The notes beneath the pieces are model-generated. The model was not told where the DNA came from and searched no databases. It saw nothing but the letters and a program-made list of their open reading frames with translations. From a virus, in IMG/VR virus record IMGVR_UViG_3300020021_000004, positions 22,249 through 86,248 of that record: DNA of 64,000 nt, one strand, 5' to 3'. The position numbers were made by a program, and so were the translations under genes. Positions 9,354 to 19,473 of this stretch are shown piece after piece (the first letter of the stretch is position 1; each line of letters begins with the position of its first letter).

Positions 9354-10743
9354 CTACAATATGCGGGGCAAAAAGGAGAATACCGTAGGTGATGTTCTCC
9401 CAGGCGATGGTGCGGCCTCTCAGCTCACGTTCATCCGGGATGTTGGTTTTGTCAGTGATCTGAGCCGGAGAGTTAGCCGGGGGTACTGCCGCGTTGACCT
9501 GATTGGCCAAGTGCCGACTCGGGTTGTCGATCGGTACCCTGTATCGGATGTCCTTCTCGTCGAGATGGCCGAGCATCCCGTTCTGCTGAAGGACCATCCC
9601 ACGGTTGGTCTGCACCTGTACGGCTCCAACGCTGTACCGCTCACCGTTGAGCTTCACCACGAAGTCTCGTTGGGACAGTAGGGGCGAAGGGCCCGTCCAG
9701 AAGTCGTACGTGTGTTCGACCGTGCGGCCCGTGTCTTTTTGCGAGATCTTCTTCTCCCCGTTGTCGGGAGCCAGAAGGATGTCGTAAGGGCCTTCGTAGC
9801 CGCCGAGGATGCCCGTGCCGTAACATTTGAGGCAGTCGTTGAGAGGCTGTTGATTGGTGGCCGCGTAAAAGCAAGAGCAGGTAACGCCTACTTGCTTGCG
9901 GATGTAGAGCTTCACCCGCTCCCCACCCTGTTCAAGGATCCAACGATTCCTTCGAACGCCTTCACGCCAAATATAGTCGATTTTCTCGATCTCGTAGCTC
10001 GAGGTGAAGGCTGCCCTGTCCAGGGGCGTCTCCAAAAGCTCCGTGGGATCGTTGGGCCCACGCTCAGACGCAATGAGGTGACCTACCGTCGTCAGGCGGT
10101 AGAAGACCCGCTGCACCAAGTCGGTCCGCAAGAACGACCGTGTATGGCGATACGTTACCGTCACCGTCGTTCCTGGATCAGGCAGCACACTCGGGTCCCG
10201 GGTCTGAAGACCTACGTTGGGGTAATGATTGGGGTCGATTTCAATCTCCCCCGCCTCACCCAGGATGCTGAGAATCTTCACCGTCACGCCGTCGATACGG
10301 ACCTCCACGTCCTCCACGTTTGACGTAGGAAGCTTTTGCGAGCCCTCTTTGACGATGGGATAGCGAGTCGTCCGAAAGACGTACCGGGGCGCCTCTAGCT
10401 CAGCTGCGGCACCGAAGCCCCGCATGAGCCACTGGTCGTCCGTCACTTCTTCGTCGATCACCAAGACGTTGTCGGTCCGATCCCGCATGAAATTCGCTCC
10501 AAGCGGGTACTCGTTCACCCTGTCGTAGGGCCCGAACTCAGAGTCAAAGCTTCGGTAGATGTTGACCCCACAGATCTGGAACCTGCCGTTCAGGGCCATA
10601 TCTGAGGGATCGGTCCACACTAGGTCGAAAACACCAGGCTGATACCCGCTCGTGAGGAACAGGTTCAAAGGTGGAACTGGCCAAGGAGTCTTGGTCAGTT
10701 CCAGCAATGACGGCTCGCGGTCCCGATTTGAAGCGTAGGACAT
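9319..10743 (-). CDS. Putative head-closure/neck protein with Zn-binding motif
   Basis: GGERVKLYIRK...CSC...CLKCYGTGILGGY motif, typical of neck proteins of large myoviruses. FN3-like N-terminus (LVWTDP...GVNIYRS). Confidence 0.6.
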   Translation of the reverse strand: MSYASNRDREPSLLELTKTPWPVPPLNLFLTSGYQPGVFDLVWTDPSDMALNGRFQICGVNIYRSFDSEFGPYDRVNEYPLGANFMRDRTDNVLVIDEEVTDDQWLMRGFGAAAELEAPRYVFRTTRYPIVKEGSQKLPTSNVEDVEVRIDGVTVKILSILGEAGEIEIDPNHYPNVGLQTRDPSVLPDPGTTVTVTYRHTRSFLRTDLVQRVFYRLTTVGHLIASERGPNDPTELLETPLDRAAFTSSYEIEKIDYIWREGVRRNRWILEQGGERVKLYIRKQVGVTCSCFYAATNQQPLNDCLKCYGTGILGGYEGPYDILLAPDNGEKKISQKDTGRTVEHTYDFWTGPSPLLSQRDFVVKLNGERYSVGAVQVQTNRGMVLQQNGMLGHLDEKDIRYRVPIDNPSRHLANQVNAAVPPANSPAQITDKTNIPDERELRGRTIAWENITYGILLFAPHIVDAIFRAVSGMC

Positions 10744-10770
10744 CTTACCAGATGCCTTCCAAGAAGGGGA

Positions 10771-11082
10771 TTAGACGGCCACGGCAGGGGGCGGCACGGG
10801 GGCCGTGTCGTCCGCCGTGCGCGTGATCTTGCCCGTCCGGGCGTCGATCTCGACCTGCACGTTAGGCGCGATACCCCGCTCCACGAGGAATCCCTCGAAG
10901 AGTCGGTTGCGTTGGTCATCGAGCTTCTTCACCCCAGCTAGCAGCTGGATCTTGTCCTGCTCCAACGAAAGCAGGGTGTCGGCGAATCGCTGTCGGGCTT
11001 CCTGTACTCGGCGAAGCTGTTCAAGAGTTTCGGAGTCTACAGGGTCCTCGATTGTCAGAGGACGTTTCTCGGCTTGGCTCAT
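10771..11082 (-). CDS. Small coiled-coil hypothetical protein
   Basis: ATG 11082 (MSQAEKRP) preceded by AAGGAG. Confidence 0.65.
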   Translation of the reverse strand: MSQAEKRPLTIEDPVDSETLEQLRRVQEARQRFADTLLSLEQDKIQLLAGVKKLDDQRNRLFEGFLVERGIAPNVQVEIDARTGKITRTADDTAPVPPPAVAV

Positions 11083-11135
11083 TTGGCTCTCCTTTTCATC
11101 TGCCCTTCCCAAAGGGAGGGGATGAAGAGCCAAAT

Positions 11136-11145
11136 CGATAAAAGG
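11136..11145 (-). promoter_or_regulatory. Candidate late-promoter motif CCTTTTATCG
   Basis: The identical 10-mer also lies in intergenic DNA at 34099-34108 and 53731-53740. Confidence 0.55.
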
Positions 11146-11146
11146 A

Positions 11147-11422
11147 CTAGTCGATCGAAGCGCGGGCTAACCTGCGGTAATGCCTCGAAAGGACTTGCAG
11201 GAACTGCTCGAACTGCACCAAATCGATGTCGTGCTTTTGCAGCAAGCGAACCCGGCGGTCATCCTCGTTGATGTTTGGACAGTCTTTGCGATGGCGATAA
11301 TGGGCTCGTTGGCAGACCGCACACACCCCAAGCTGCCCCCGTCGTTGGACACACCCTCGCTGGTGGGCTCGAAGTTCAGGGTGGGTCGTGGCCTGAAAAC
11401 CACAAATGCATGATCCCGTCAC
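11147..11422 (-). CDS. Small Cys/His zinc-finger protein (probably leaderless)
   Basis: CICG...LRAH...C and CAVC..H..H...C. GTG start 6 nt after the GGTG-TATGTC promoter-like motif. Confidence 0.55.
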   Translation of the reverse strand: MTGSCICGFQATTHPELRAHQRGCVQRRGQLGVCAVCQRAHYRHRKDCPNINEDDRRVRLLQKHDIDLVQFEQFLQVLSRHYRRLARASID

Positions 11423-11516
11423 CCCTCGGACATACACCAACGGACAGGATCAAGAATCCCACAAAACAAGGAATTCGTCTTGCCAAATACCCCTATGAAA
11501 CCCGCTAGTTGGCGAA

Positions 11517-12416
11517 TCAGAATCCGATGAACTTCTGAGGGCTCAAGACACCCGCCCCCACGTAAGGGCCGAACGAACTTCTGATCCCAATTCCGAACCT
11601 GGGCTGCTGCAAACCGCCGATGATCTTCACCGTCTGCTTGGCACGTTCGAGCTGACTGTCGAACTGGTCCTTGACGGTCTGGAAGGCGCTCTCGTACTTG
11701 CTCGACTTATCGATGCTGAGACTGACGCCTCCGATGCTGTACTCGAACTCGTCAGCAATCCAGTTCGACATCAAGGCCAAGAAGGCGTACATCATCGCCC
11801 CGTTGAGGACCACAGTACGCCACTCTGGATAATTGCGAACCAAGATGTCGCAGTTGGGGATCGGCGTCCTAGGCGGAGCGGCCGACACCATGTCGAGACC
11901 GTTCTGCAAGTACTCCTGTAGCTCGTAGTCCTCCCAGATGTACCCGAATACCTTGTTGTACTGCCGGATCGTCTCTTCGTGAGCTGGCGGACGAAAGTGG
12001 TAATTTCGGTCGGGATTGTTGTCCCGAAGAAGGATGCGAAGCCGGCGGATGAGGTCGGTCTCGCAGGGTGTGAAGCACCCAGCCGCTCCGTTGCTGTCCG
12101 TCGCCTTATCGATGACGTTGAACTCTTGGACCACCTGATGAACAGGGCCCCCCACCATCTCACGGAAGGTCCAGCGAACGCGGTAGCTCCCCACGTTGGC
12201 GTCCAGCGGGATGATGACGCTTGCGTAATAGTGCCCCACACTGTCGTTGGCGGGATCTCGACGAGGGATGCCCAGGAGGGCCTCTTGACCTGTCGTGACA
12301 TCGTAAAGCGCGTAGGTGATTTCCGACACGTTGGTCGGATGCCCCGCCGCGTTGTCGAGGCAAATATCGAGGTCCTTCGTACCGAGCTGCTGACCTCTGT
12401 AGAACGCTGTGGACAT
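11517..12416 (-). CDS. Head-tail adaptor with N-terminal Ig-like domain
   Basis: Helical adaptor-like C-terminal half (LIRRLRILLRD...IWEDYEL...YSIGGVSLSIDKS) and a beta-sandwich N-terminal ~100 aa. Confidence 0.65.
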   Translation of the reverse strand: MSTAFYRGQQLGTKDLDICLDNAAGHPTNVSEITYALYDVTTGQEALLGIPRRDPANDSVGHYYASVIIPLDANVGSYRVRWTFREMVGGPVHQVVQEFNVIDKATDSNGAAGCFTPCETDLIRRLRILLRDNNPDRNYHFRPPAHEETIRQYNKVFGYIWEDYELQEYLQNGLDMVSAAPPRTPIPNCDILVRNYPEWRTVVLNGAMMYAFLALMSNWIADEFEYSIGGVSLSIDKSSKYESAFQTVKDQFDSQLERAKQTVKIIGGLQQPRFGIGIRSSFGPYVGAGVLSPQKFIGF

Positions 12417-12451
12417 GCTTCAATCCTCACGATCAATCAATAAAAAGGGCG

Positions 12452-15400
12452 TCACTCCCACCCGTGCTTGATGACGCGGGGTGGCTGGAACTTCTCGACA
12501 GGAGCTGCGTCCTGAACCAAAAAGGGCTGCTCCACGAACTGAAGAGGGGAACCGTAGGTCTTTTGGATTTCCCAACGGATGAGCCACTGACCGGGCTGAC
12601 CCTGCTCACCCGCCAAACCCACCACATAGTATTCACCCACGCCAGGGCCCACCACTGCCTTCTTACGACCTCCGACCGGCATCGGGACCCCAGAGGCTGC
12701 GATCTGGAAGAACGTGTAATAGACCGCCACAGGGCTGTACATACCCTGTCGATCCGCGAGCCGGAGACACAGATCCCTTGCCGTGAGAGTTTGAAGGTAC
12801 CGGAAGGTCTTGGAAGGTCCGACGGGGGTCGGCTTGGGCTGAACCCCGTTGTTGTACACACGTACGATGCAGTCGTCGAAGATCTGCACCGCTTCTGCGG
12901 GAAGGCGGGTGTAGTTGACCTGAACGAAGAGGGCGTCCGAAACACCCATCACGTCCGAAACTGTCCGGCTCTGCTCCTTGTCGACTAGGAGTAGATCCGT
13001 CAGATCGAGGCTGTCGATGACCCTGCGGATGTAGTCGGTCGAAGCCTGAAGCTGATCGGCAACAACCAGAGCGTCCGACAGGTCAATGAAGATCGCGAGC
13101 CCGGCCGCTACGTCATCTGTGACGCTGACCGTGTCCTGGACGGTCGCATCCTTCTCGGTAGAGAGAGTGATCGAGTCCGTGACACTGACGGTGTCTTGGC
13201 CTGCACGAATGTAATCGGTCGAAGCTTGGAACTGCTCGGTGACGACCAGAGCGTCCGAGGCCGACCGGACGTAGCTAACGATCTTCGAGAAACTATCGGT
13301 GATGTCGATCGCGTCTTGGACAGCAACCCCGCGTTCAGCAAAGATCTGAACTTCGTCCGTAACATCAACGACGTCTTGTACGGTTCGAACGTAGTCGGTC
13401 GAAGCCCTGAGGGTCTCGGTAATGCTGATCGTGTCCGTAAGATTACGGGCGTACTCAGCCACCAGAACCGCCTGGTCCGTAACACTGATGGCATCCGAAA
13501 CCGTCTTGCGGACTTCAATCGAAATGGCGTCCGTGACCGACACAATGTCGGAAGCCGTGCGGACGTACTGGCTCGAAGAAGAGAGCTGATCCGCTAGAAC
13601 CAGGGCATCCTGGAGCCTGCGGATGTAGTCGGTGTTCGGAGAGAGCTGCTCAACGACCGTGATCGTGTCGGACCCTGAGCGGCTCAGCTCTCGAGTAACC
13701 GCTACACTGTCGGTAACCGAGGCACTATCGGACGCCGCCCGCTCGTAGGTGAAGCTCGTGGCGGCACTGTCGGCAACAGCAACAGCGTCCGAAGCCGTCT
13801 TCGAGTATTGGGTGGACGGAGATAGCTGGTCCGTGATGCTAACAGCGTCAGTGACCAGGACAGAAAGACCCTGGAAAAGGTCGACCGTCAAAGTCTCGGT
13901 GACGCTGATGGTGTCGCTAACGGCACGGGCTATTTCGAACGAAGCACTCGCGGTGTCGGTGATGCTGACCGAATCCGAAAGGGTGCGGTTGTAGACCGAG
14001 CTGATCGATGTCTGGTCAGTGACCGAGACGATGTCCGAAAGGGTGCGGCCGTACTCCGCCGCCAAGGTAAGGGTGTCGGTGACGCTGGTTGCGTCAGCCA
14101 GCGTCTTGTCGACTTCGACAGAGAGGGCGTCCGTAACGCTGATGGCATCGCTGACGGTGCGGACCTTCTCCAGGCCCGCAAACACCGCTTCTGTGGTGCT
14201 GAAGGTGTCCGAAAGGGTGCGAGAGAAATCTCCATTGAGGGACGTCTGGTCAGTGACCGAGACCGTATCGGAGACGTTCTTGTGAACCTCAATAGAGGTT
14301 GCGTCGGTAACGACGATCGTGTCGTTGACGGCACGCGACACCTCGAAAGAGGCATTAGCGGTGTCAGAGGTGCTGACAGCGTCCGAGCCCGTACGGGCGT
14401 ATACCGTCGATAGTGTCGTCTGGTCGGTGACCGAAAGAGTGTCGGAAGCCGACCGGTCCTTGTCCTGGCTCGGGATGTCAGTGTCGGTGACCGAGATCGT
14501 GTCACTGAGGCTCTTGGAGAACTCCAGGGATGTGACACTTTGGTCAGTAACGCTGACGGCGTCGCTGACGGTGCGGACCTTCTCCAAGCCCGCGGAGAGG
14601 GTTTCGGTGACCGCTATGCTGTCGGAGAACGAACGCCCGTACTCTACCGAAAGAGCGGTGCTGTCGGTGACGCTGACGCTGTCATTGACTTCCGTCTCTT
14701 GTTCGGTAGAAGCCTCGTCGGTAACGCTGACCGTATCACTGAGGGTGCGGTTGTACTGTGCCGCCAACAGCAGTTGGTCGGTGACCGAAATGGCGTCCTG
14801 CGGGAACGCTTTCTCGATAAGGGCCTGATCGGTAGCCGAGAGGACATCCGAAAGGGTGCGAGAGAACTCGACGGAGCTAACCGTGGAATCTGTGACGCTG
14901 ATGGCGTCTGACCTGAAGACTTCCTCATCCAGGACCTGGTCGGTGATGCTGACCGTGTCCGAGAGGGTGCGAGAGAAATCTGCCGAACGGCTCGTGCTGT
15001 CGGTGAGCGAGACGACATCGACCCCGAAGATGGTCTCGACCAACAACTGGTCGCTGACCGTGACCGAGTCCGAAAGGGCGATGTCGTTGTTGGCGGTCTC
15101 CGACTCATCAGTGGTGCTGATGGTGTCCGCAGCACTTCTGGAAATTTCAAGCGAAAGAGTCGTGCTGTCGGTGACAGAAACAGCATCGTTGACCGTGACG
15201 GCTTCGAACGCACTGGTCGTCGCGTCCGACTCATCCGTGGTGCTGACGGTGTCCGAAAGAGTGCGGCTGTACTGGGCCGCCAACGTGAGAGTGTCGCTGA
15301 CGCTGACGGCATCCTGTGGGAACGCCTTCTCAGTCAGGGTCTGGTCAGTGGCCGAGATCGCATCACTGAGTGTGCGAGAGAACTCGACGGAACTGAAGGC

Positions 15401-18400
15401 GGAGTCCGTGGCACTGATAGCATCTTGGGGGAAGCTGGTCTCAAGGGTCGCCTGATCCGTAACGCTGATCGAATCGGTGAGCGTTCGACCATACACCGAA
15501 GCCAAGGTGGTTTGGTCGGTGACCGAAACGGCGTCCTGCGGGAAGCTGGTCTCACGGAAGAGCTGGTCCGTAGCCGAGACCGAGTCACTAGCAGACCGGC
15601 TGTACTGAATCGAAAGGGCGGTGCTGTCGGCGACCGAAACAGCGTCTTGGACGAACAGGGTTTCGATCAACAACTGGTCGGTGATCGAGATCGAATCGCT
15701 GAAGGTGCGGCTGTACTGTGCCGAAAGGGCGGTGCTGTCCGTAACGCTGACGGCGTCTTGGGGGAAGCTGGTCTCACGGAAGGTCTGATCAGTGATTGCT
15801 ACGCTATCGGAAACTGACCTACTGTACTGAATCGAAAGGGTTGTGCTATCGGTGACCGAAACGGCGTCCTGCGGGAAGGCCGTCTCACGAAGTGTCTGGT
15901 CCGTAGCCGAGACCGAGTCCGCAAGGGTCCGACCATATTCAGCTGAAGTGCTGGTGTTGTCGGTGACCGAGACCGTATCCGAAGGGAAGCTGGTCTCACG
16001 AAGGATTTGGTCCGTGACCGCCAAGGTGTCGGAGGCGGACCGAACGTAGGACGTCTCAGCAGTAAGCTGATCCGTGACAACCACGATGTCGTTAGCAAAC
16101 GCATCCAGGACTGCGTTGGTGGTGGCTTCAATGTCGTCAGTAAGGGTGATCGAGTCACTGAGAGTGATCGAATACTGTGCCGAAAGGGTCGTGCTGTCGG
16201 TGACCGAGACCGTGTCCGACCCGCTCCTACCGTACTCAGCCGAGGTGCTGGTGCTGTCGGCGGAGCTGACGCTGTCTTGAGGGAAGCTGGTCTCACGGAG
16301 GGTTTGATCCGTGACGGTGATCGAGTCGCTGAGCGACCGTCCGAACACAAATGAAGTGCTCGTCGTATCAGTGACGCTGACCGCATCCTGAACGAAACCC
16401 GTTTCGATCGTTGTTTGATCGGTGAACGTTACGCTGTCGCTGAGCGACCTGCTGTACTGGATCGAAAGGGTCGTCTGATCCGTGACACTGAAGGCGTCTT
16501 GCGGAAAGACGGTGTCGACCAGCTTCTGGTCAGTGACACTGACGTTGTCCGAGAGCGTGATCGAGTACTGAAGGGACGTCGTAGCGGTATCGGTGACGCT
16601 GACGCTGTCCTGACGGAAAACACTGTCGACCAACAACTGGTCGCTGACCGTGACCGAGTCCGCAAGCGTGCGGCCATACTCCACCGAGGTCTTGATCGTA
16701 TCGCTGACGCTAACAGCGTCTTGGGGGAAGCTGGTCTCACGAAGCGTCTGATCAGTGACCGAAACTGCGTCCGAAATGGTGCGGTTGTACTGTGCCGAAA
16801 GGGTGATGCTGTCTGTAACGCTGACAGCATCTTGGGGGAAGCTGGTCTCACGAAGCGTCTGATCAGTGACCGCTACGCTGTCGCTGAGCGACCGGCTGTA
16901 CTGGGCCGAAACAAGGGTCGAATCCGTAACGTCGATCGCATCAACGTTGAAAGTGGTCTCGACCAACAACTGGTCGCTGACCGTGACCGAATCACTTAGC
17001 GACCTAGAGAAATCTAGGGAGGCGGTGATCGAATCCGTGACAGCTGCGCTATCCGAAAGCGTCTTAGCGTACTCTAGGGACGTTGACGGGCTGTCGGTGA
17101 CCGAGACCGCGTCCGAGAGGCTGACGTCGGTGATGCGGCCTGTGGTGGCCGACACATCATCGGCAACCGAAAGACTGTCCGAAAGGCTGCGGCCGTACTC
17201 GACCGAAAGAGTTGAACTGTCGGTAACGCTGACGGCATCTTGGGGGAAGCTGGTCTCACGGAAGGTCTGATCCGCGAGGGTGATCGAATCACTGAGAGTG
17301 ATCGAGTACTGTGCCGAAAGGGTCGTGCTGTCGGTGACCGAAACAGCGTCTTGGACGAACAGGGTCTCGACCAACAACTGGTCGCTGACCGCTACACTGT
17401 CGCTAAGAGTGCGGTTGTACTGTGCCGAAAGAGTGGTGCTGTCTGTAGTCGAGACGGCGTCCTGCGGGAAGCTGGTCTCACGAAGGGTCTGGTCAGTGAC
17501 CGCCAGGGTGTCGCTGAGAGACCGGCTGTACTGAATCGAAAGGGTTGTGCTATCGGTGACCGAAACGACGTCCTGCGGGAAGCTAGTCTCGCGGAGGGTC
17601 TGGTCAGTGGCCGCTACACTGTCGCTGAGAGTGCGGTTGTAAGCGAAGGCTGTCGTCGTCGAATCCGTGACATCGATCGCATCAACGTTAAAAGTGGTCT
17701 CGATCAGCGTCTGATCAGTGACCGCTACGCTGTCATTGATCGACCGGCTGTACTGGATCGAAAGAGTCGTCGAATCCGTGACACTGGCGCTGTCCGAAAG
17801 GCTTCGATCAACAGTGATCGCCAACTGGTCGGTGACGCTCGCAGTGTCACTGAGGGTGCGGTCGTATTGGGCCGAAGTTGCGATCGAATCCGCGACCGCT
17901 ACGCTGTCCGACAGAGTACGAGCGTAAACCGTCGAGGCTGAGGTGCTGTCAGTGACGTCGGCCGCATCCGAAACACTGACGTCGGTTGCCGAGGCCAGGC
18001 TATCGGTGACGGTGATCGTGTCCGAGAGGCTGATGCTGTACGAGAGCGAAAGGCTGGTCTGGTCAGTGACCGAAATCGTCTCAGCCGGAGAAATGAGGTC
18101 GAAGTCACCCGATGTCGCGACGCTGATGCTATCGCTGAGAGACCTGGAGTACTGGATCGAGGTGCTGGTCTGGTCAGTAACGCTGACGCTGTCCTGACGG
18201 AAGACCGTTTCGACCAACAGCTGATCGCTGACCGCTATGCTGTCGCTGAGGGTGCGGTTGTACTGTGCCGAAAGGGTCGTACTATCTGTAGTCGAGACCG
18301 TGTCCTGCGGGAAGCTGGTCTCGCGGAGGATCTGATCCGTGACCGCTACGCTGTCACTGAGAGACCTGCTGTACTGGACGGACAGCGTGGTGCTGTCCGT

Positions 18401-19114
18401 GACATCGATCGCATCGATGTTGAAGCTAGTCTCGACCAACAGCTGATCAGTAATGGCTACGGTGTCACTGATCGACCTGGAGAAGGTCAGGCTCGGAGCC
18501 GCCGAATCGGTGACCGCTGCGGTATCGCTGAGGGTGATCGAGTACTGAAGGGACAGCTGAGTGCTGTCCGTGATCGAGGGTGCATCAGAGACACTGATGT
18601 CTGCGATCTGGCCCGCAGCAATCGTTAGATCCTCGGTGATGGTTACCGAGTCGCTGAGGGTGCGGTTGTACTGAGCTGAAGTGCTGGAGCTGTCGGTGAC
18701 GCTGACCGCATCCTGAGGAAAGGTCGTCTCACGCAGCGTCTGATCAGTAACCGCTACAGTGTTACTGAGAGTCCGACCATAGACCCAAGAAAGGGTCGTG
18801 CTGTCGGTGACCGAGATCGTGTCCGAGACCGACACGTCGATCGCCGACGGGTGTAGAATCTCGATGACATCACTGTCGGTGATCGAGATTTGATCGCGGG
18901 TGAACTCTTCCAGCAGAGCGCTGCTGGTGACCGCTACAGTATCGGAGAGAACTAGGCTGTAGACCGCAGCAGTGCGGACGCTGTCACTGATGCTGACATC
19001 ATCGTCGGTGATCTCCGCAAAGCCCGACGTTGATACTGAGATAGTATCCGAGACTTTGATGTCGAGTCGGCTCGCACCATTTGCGAAGAGCAGGAAGGAG
19101 CCAAGACCGGCCAT
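12452..19114 (-). CDS. Giant repetitive fibre/backbone protein (2220 aa) with C-terminal Ig-like anchor domain
   Basis: About 2060 aa of D-x-V-x-V-T-D repeats. The last ~120 aa are non-repetitive and align to the N-terminus of 11517..12416. Confidence 0.8.
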   Translation of the reverse strand: MAGLGSFLLFANGASRLDIKVSDTISVSTSGFAEITDDDVSISDSVRTAAVYSLVLSDTVAVTSSALLEEFTRDQISITDSDVIEILHPSAIDVSVSDTISVTDSTTLSWVYGRTLSNTVAVTDQTLRETTFPQDAVSVTDSSSTSAQYNRTLSDSVTITEDLTIAAGQIADISVSDAPSITDSTQLSLQYSITLSDTAAVTDSAAPSLTFSRSISDTVAITDQLLVETSFNIDAIDVTDSTTLSVQYSRSLSDSVAVTDQILRETSFPQDTVSTTDSTTLSAQYNRTLSDSIAVSDQLLVETVFRQDSVSVTDQTSTSIQYSRSLSDSISVATSGDFDLISPAETISVTDQTSLSLSYSISLSDTITVTDSLASATDVSVSDAADVTDSTSASTVYARTLSDSVAVADSIATSAQYDRTLSDTASVTDQLAITVDRSLSDSASVTDSTTLSIQYSRSINDSVAVTDQTLIETTFNVDAIDVTDSTTTAFAYNRTLSDSVAATDQTLRETSFPQDVVSVTDSTTLSIQYSRSLSDTLAVTDQTLRETSFPQDAVSTTDSTTLSAQYNRTLSDSVAVSDQLLVETLFVQDAVSVTDSTTLSAQYSITLSDSITLADQTFRETSFPQDAVSVTDSSTLSVEYGRSLSDSLSVADDVSATTGRITDVSLSDAVSVTDSPSTSLEYAKTLSDSAAVTDSITASLDFSRSLSDSVTVSDQLLVETTFNVDAIDVTDSTLVSAQYSRSLSDSVAVTDQTLRETSFPQDAVSVTDSITLSAQYNRTISDAVSVTDQTLRETSFPQDAVSVSDTIKTSVEYGRTLADSVTVSDQLLVDSVFRQDSVSVTDTATTSLQYSITLSDNVSVTDQKLVDTVFPQDAFSVTDQTTLSIQYSRSLSDSVTFTDQTTIETGFVQDAVSVTDTTSTSFVFGRSLSDSITVTDQTLRETSFPQDSVSSADSTSTSAEYGRSGSDTVSVTDSTTLSAQYSITLSDSITLTDDIEATTNAVLDAFANDIVVVTDQLTAETSYVRSASDTLAVTDQILRETSFPSDTVSVTDNTSTSAEYGRTLADSVSATDQTLRETAFPQDAVSVTDSTTLSIQYSRSVSDSVAITDQTFRETSFPQDAVSVTDSTALSAQYSRTFSDSISITDQLLIETLFVQDAVSVADSTALSIQYSRSASDSVSATDQLFRETSFPQDAVSVTDQTTLASVYGRTLTDSISVTDQATLETSFPQDAISATDSAFSSVEFSRTLSDAISATDQTLTEKAFPQDAVSVSDTLTLAAQYSRTLSDTVSTTDESDATTSAFEAVTVNDAVSVTDSTTLSLEISRSAADTISTTDESETANNDIALSDSVTVSDQLLVETIFGVDVVSLTDSTSRSADFSRTLSDTVSITDQVLDEEVFRSDAISVTDSTVSSVEFSRTLSDVLSATDQALIEKAFPQDAISVTDQLLLAAQYNRTLSDTVSVTDEASTEQETEVNDSVSVTDSTALSVEYGRSFSDSIAVTETLSAGLEKVRTVSDAVSVTDQSVTSLEFSKSLSDTISVTDTDIPSQDKDRSASDTLSVTDQTTLSTVYARTGSDAVSTSDTANASFEVSRAVNDTIVVTDATSIEVHKNVSDTVSVTDQTSLNGDFSRTLSDTFSTTEAVFAGLEKVRTVSDAISVTDALSVEVDKTLADATSVTDTLTLAAEYGRTLSDIVSVTDQTSISSVYNRTLSDSVSITDTASASFEIARAVSDTISVTETLTVDLFQGLSVLVTDAVSITDQLSPSTQYSKTASDAVAVADSAATSFTYERAASDSASVTDSVAVTRELSRSGSDTITVVEQLSPNTDYIRRLQDALVLADQLSSSSQYVRTASDIVSVTDAISIEVRKTVSDAISVTDQAVLVAEYARNLTDTISITETLRASTDYVRTVQDVVDVTDEVQIFAERGVAVQDAIDITDSFSKIVSYVRSASDALVVTEQFQASTDYIRAGQDTVSVTDSITLSTEKDATVQDTVSVTDDVAAGLAIFIDLSDALVVADQLQASTDYIRRVIDSLDLTDLLLVDKEQSRTVSDVMGVSDALFVQVNYTRLPAEAVQIFDDCIVRVYNNGVQPKPTPVGPSKTFRYLQTLTARDLCLRLADRQGMYSPVAVYYTFFQIAASGVPMPVGGRKKAVVGPGVGEYYVVGLAGEQGQPGQWLIRWEIQKTYGSPLQFVEQPFLVQDAAPVEKFQPPRVIKHGWE
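12880..19060 (-). repeat. Coding tandem repeat array, units of 17-20 aa, often forming a 37-aa (111-bp) super-repeat
   Basis: Example unit SDSVAVTDQTLRETSFPQ-DAVSVTDSTTLSAQYNRTL. gaagctggtctc recurs at 15431 and 15542, 111 bp apart. Over 100 units, estimated from length. Confidence 0.9.
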
Positions 19115-19215
19115 CTAAACCCTCAAAAAAGGACGGGCAGTAGCCATCGTTTGACGACCACTGCCCAGACGCAATCGATGTCAATGTCGATGGCGGTCGC
19201 CCAAAAAGCGACCCA

Positions 19216-19473
19216 TTACTGAGTGAACGCCGTGACCTGGTAGTACTGACTTGAGGTCAAGTTGTTGAAGATGGGCTTGATATCCGCGTCCAAGTCAAAG
19301 GCTTCAGTCAATTTGATCCAAAGCAGGGGTTCCGTAGTGATGTTCAGAAGGACTTCGGAAACATTTCCGTTGTAATCCAACGTGTACATGAGCACAGGAA
19401 TTTCGTAACCACCCGCATCTAAAGCAGAGAGCAAGGACGTAGCTTGAGCAGCGTTAACCACAACCTTGATCAT
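19216..19473 (-). CDS. Hypothetical protein (85 aa)
   Basis: ATGA-coupled to 19470..20105. Confidence 0.6.
   Translation of the reverse strand: MIKVVVNAAQATSLLSALDAGGYEIPVLMYTLDYNGNVSEVLLNITTEPLLWIKLTEAFDLDADIKPIFNNLTSSQYYQVTAFTQ

Noticed and set aside
12880-19060. Possible CRISPR array or non-coding satellite
   Set aside because: The repeats are degenerate, in frame, vary at third codon positions and lie inside one ORF; there are no unique spacers.
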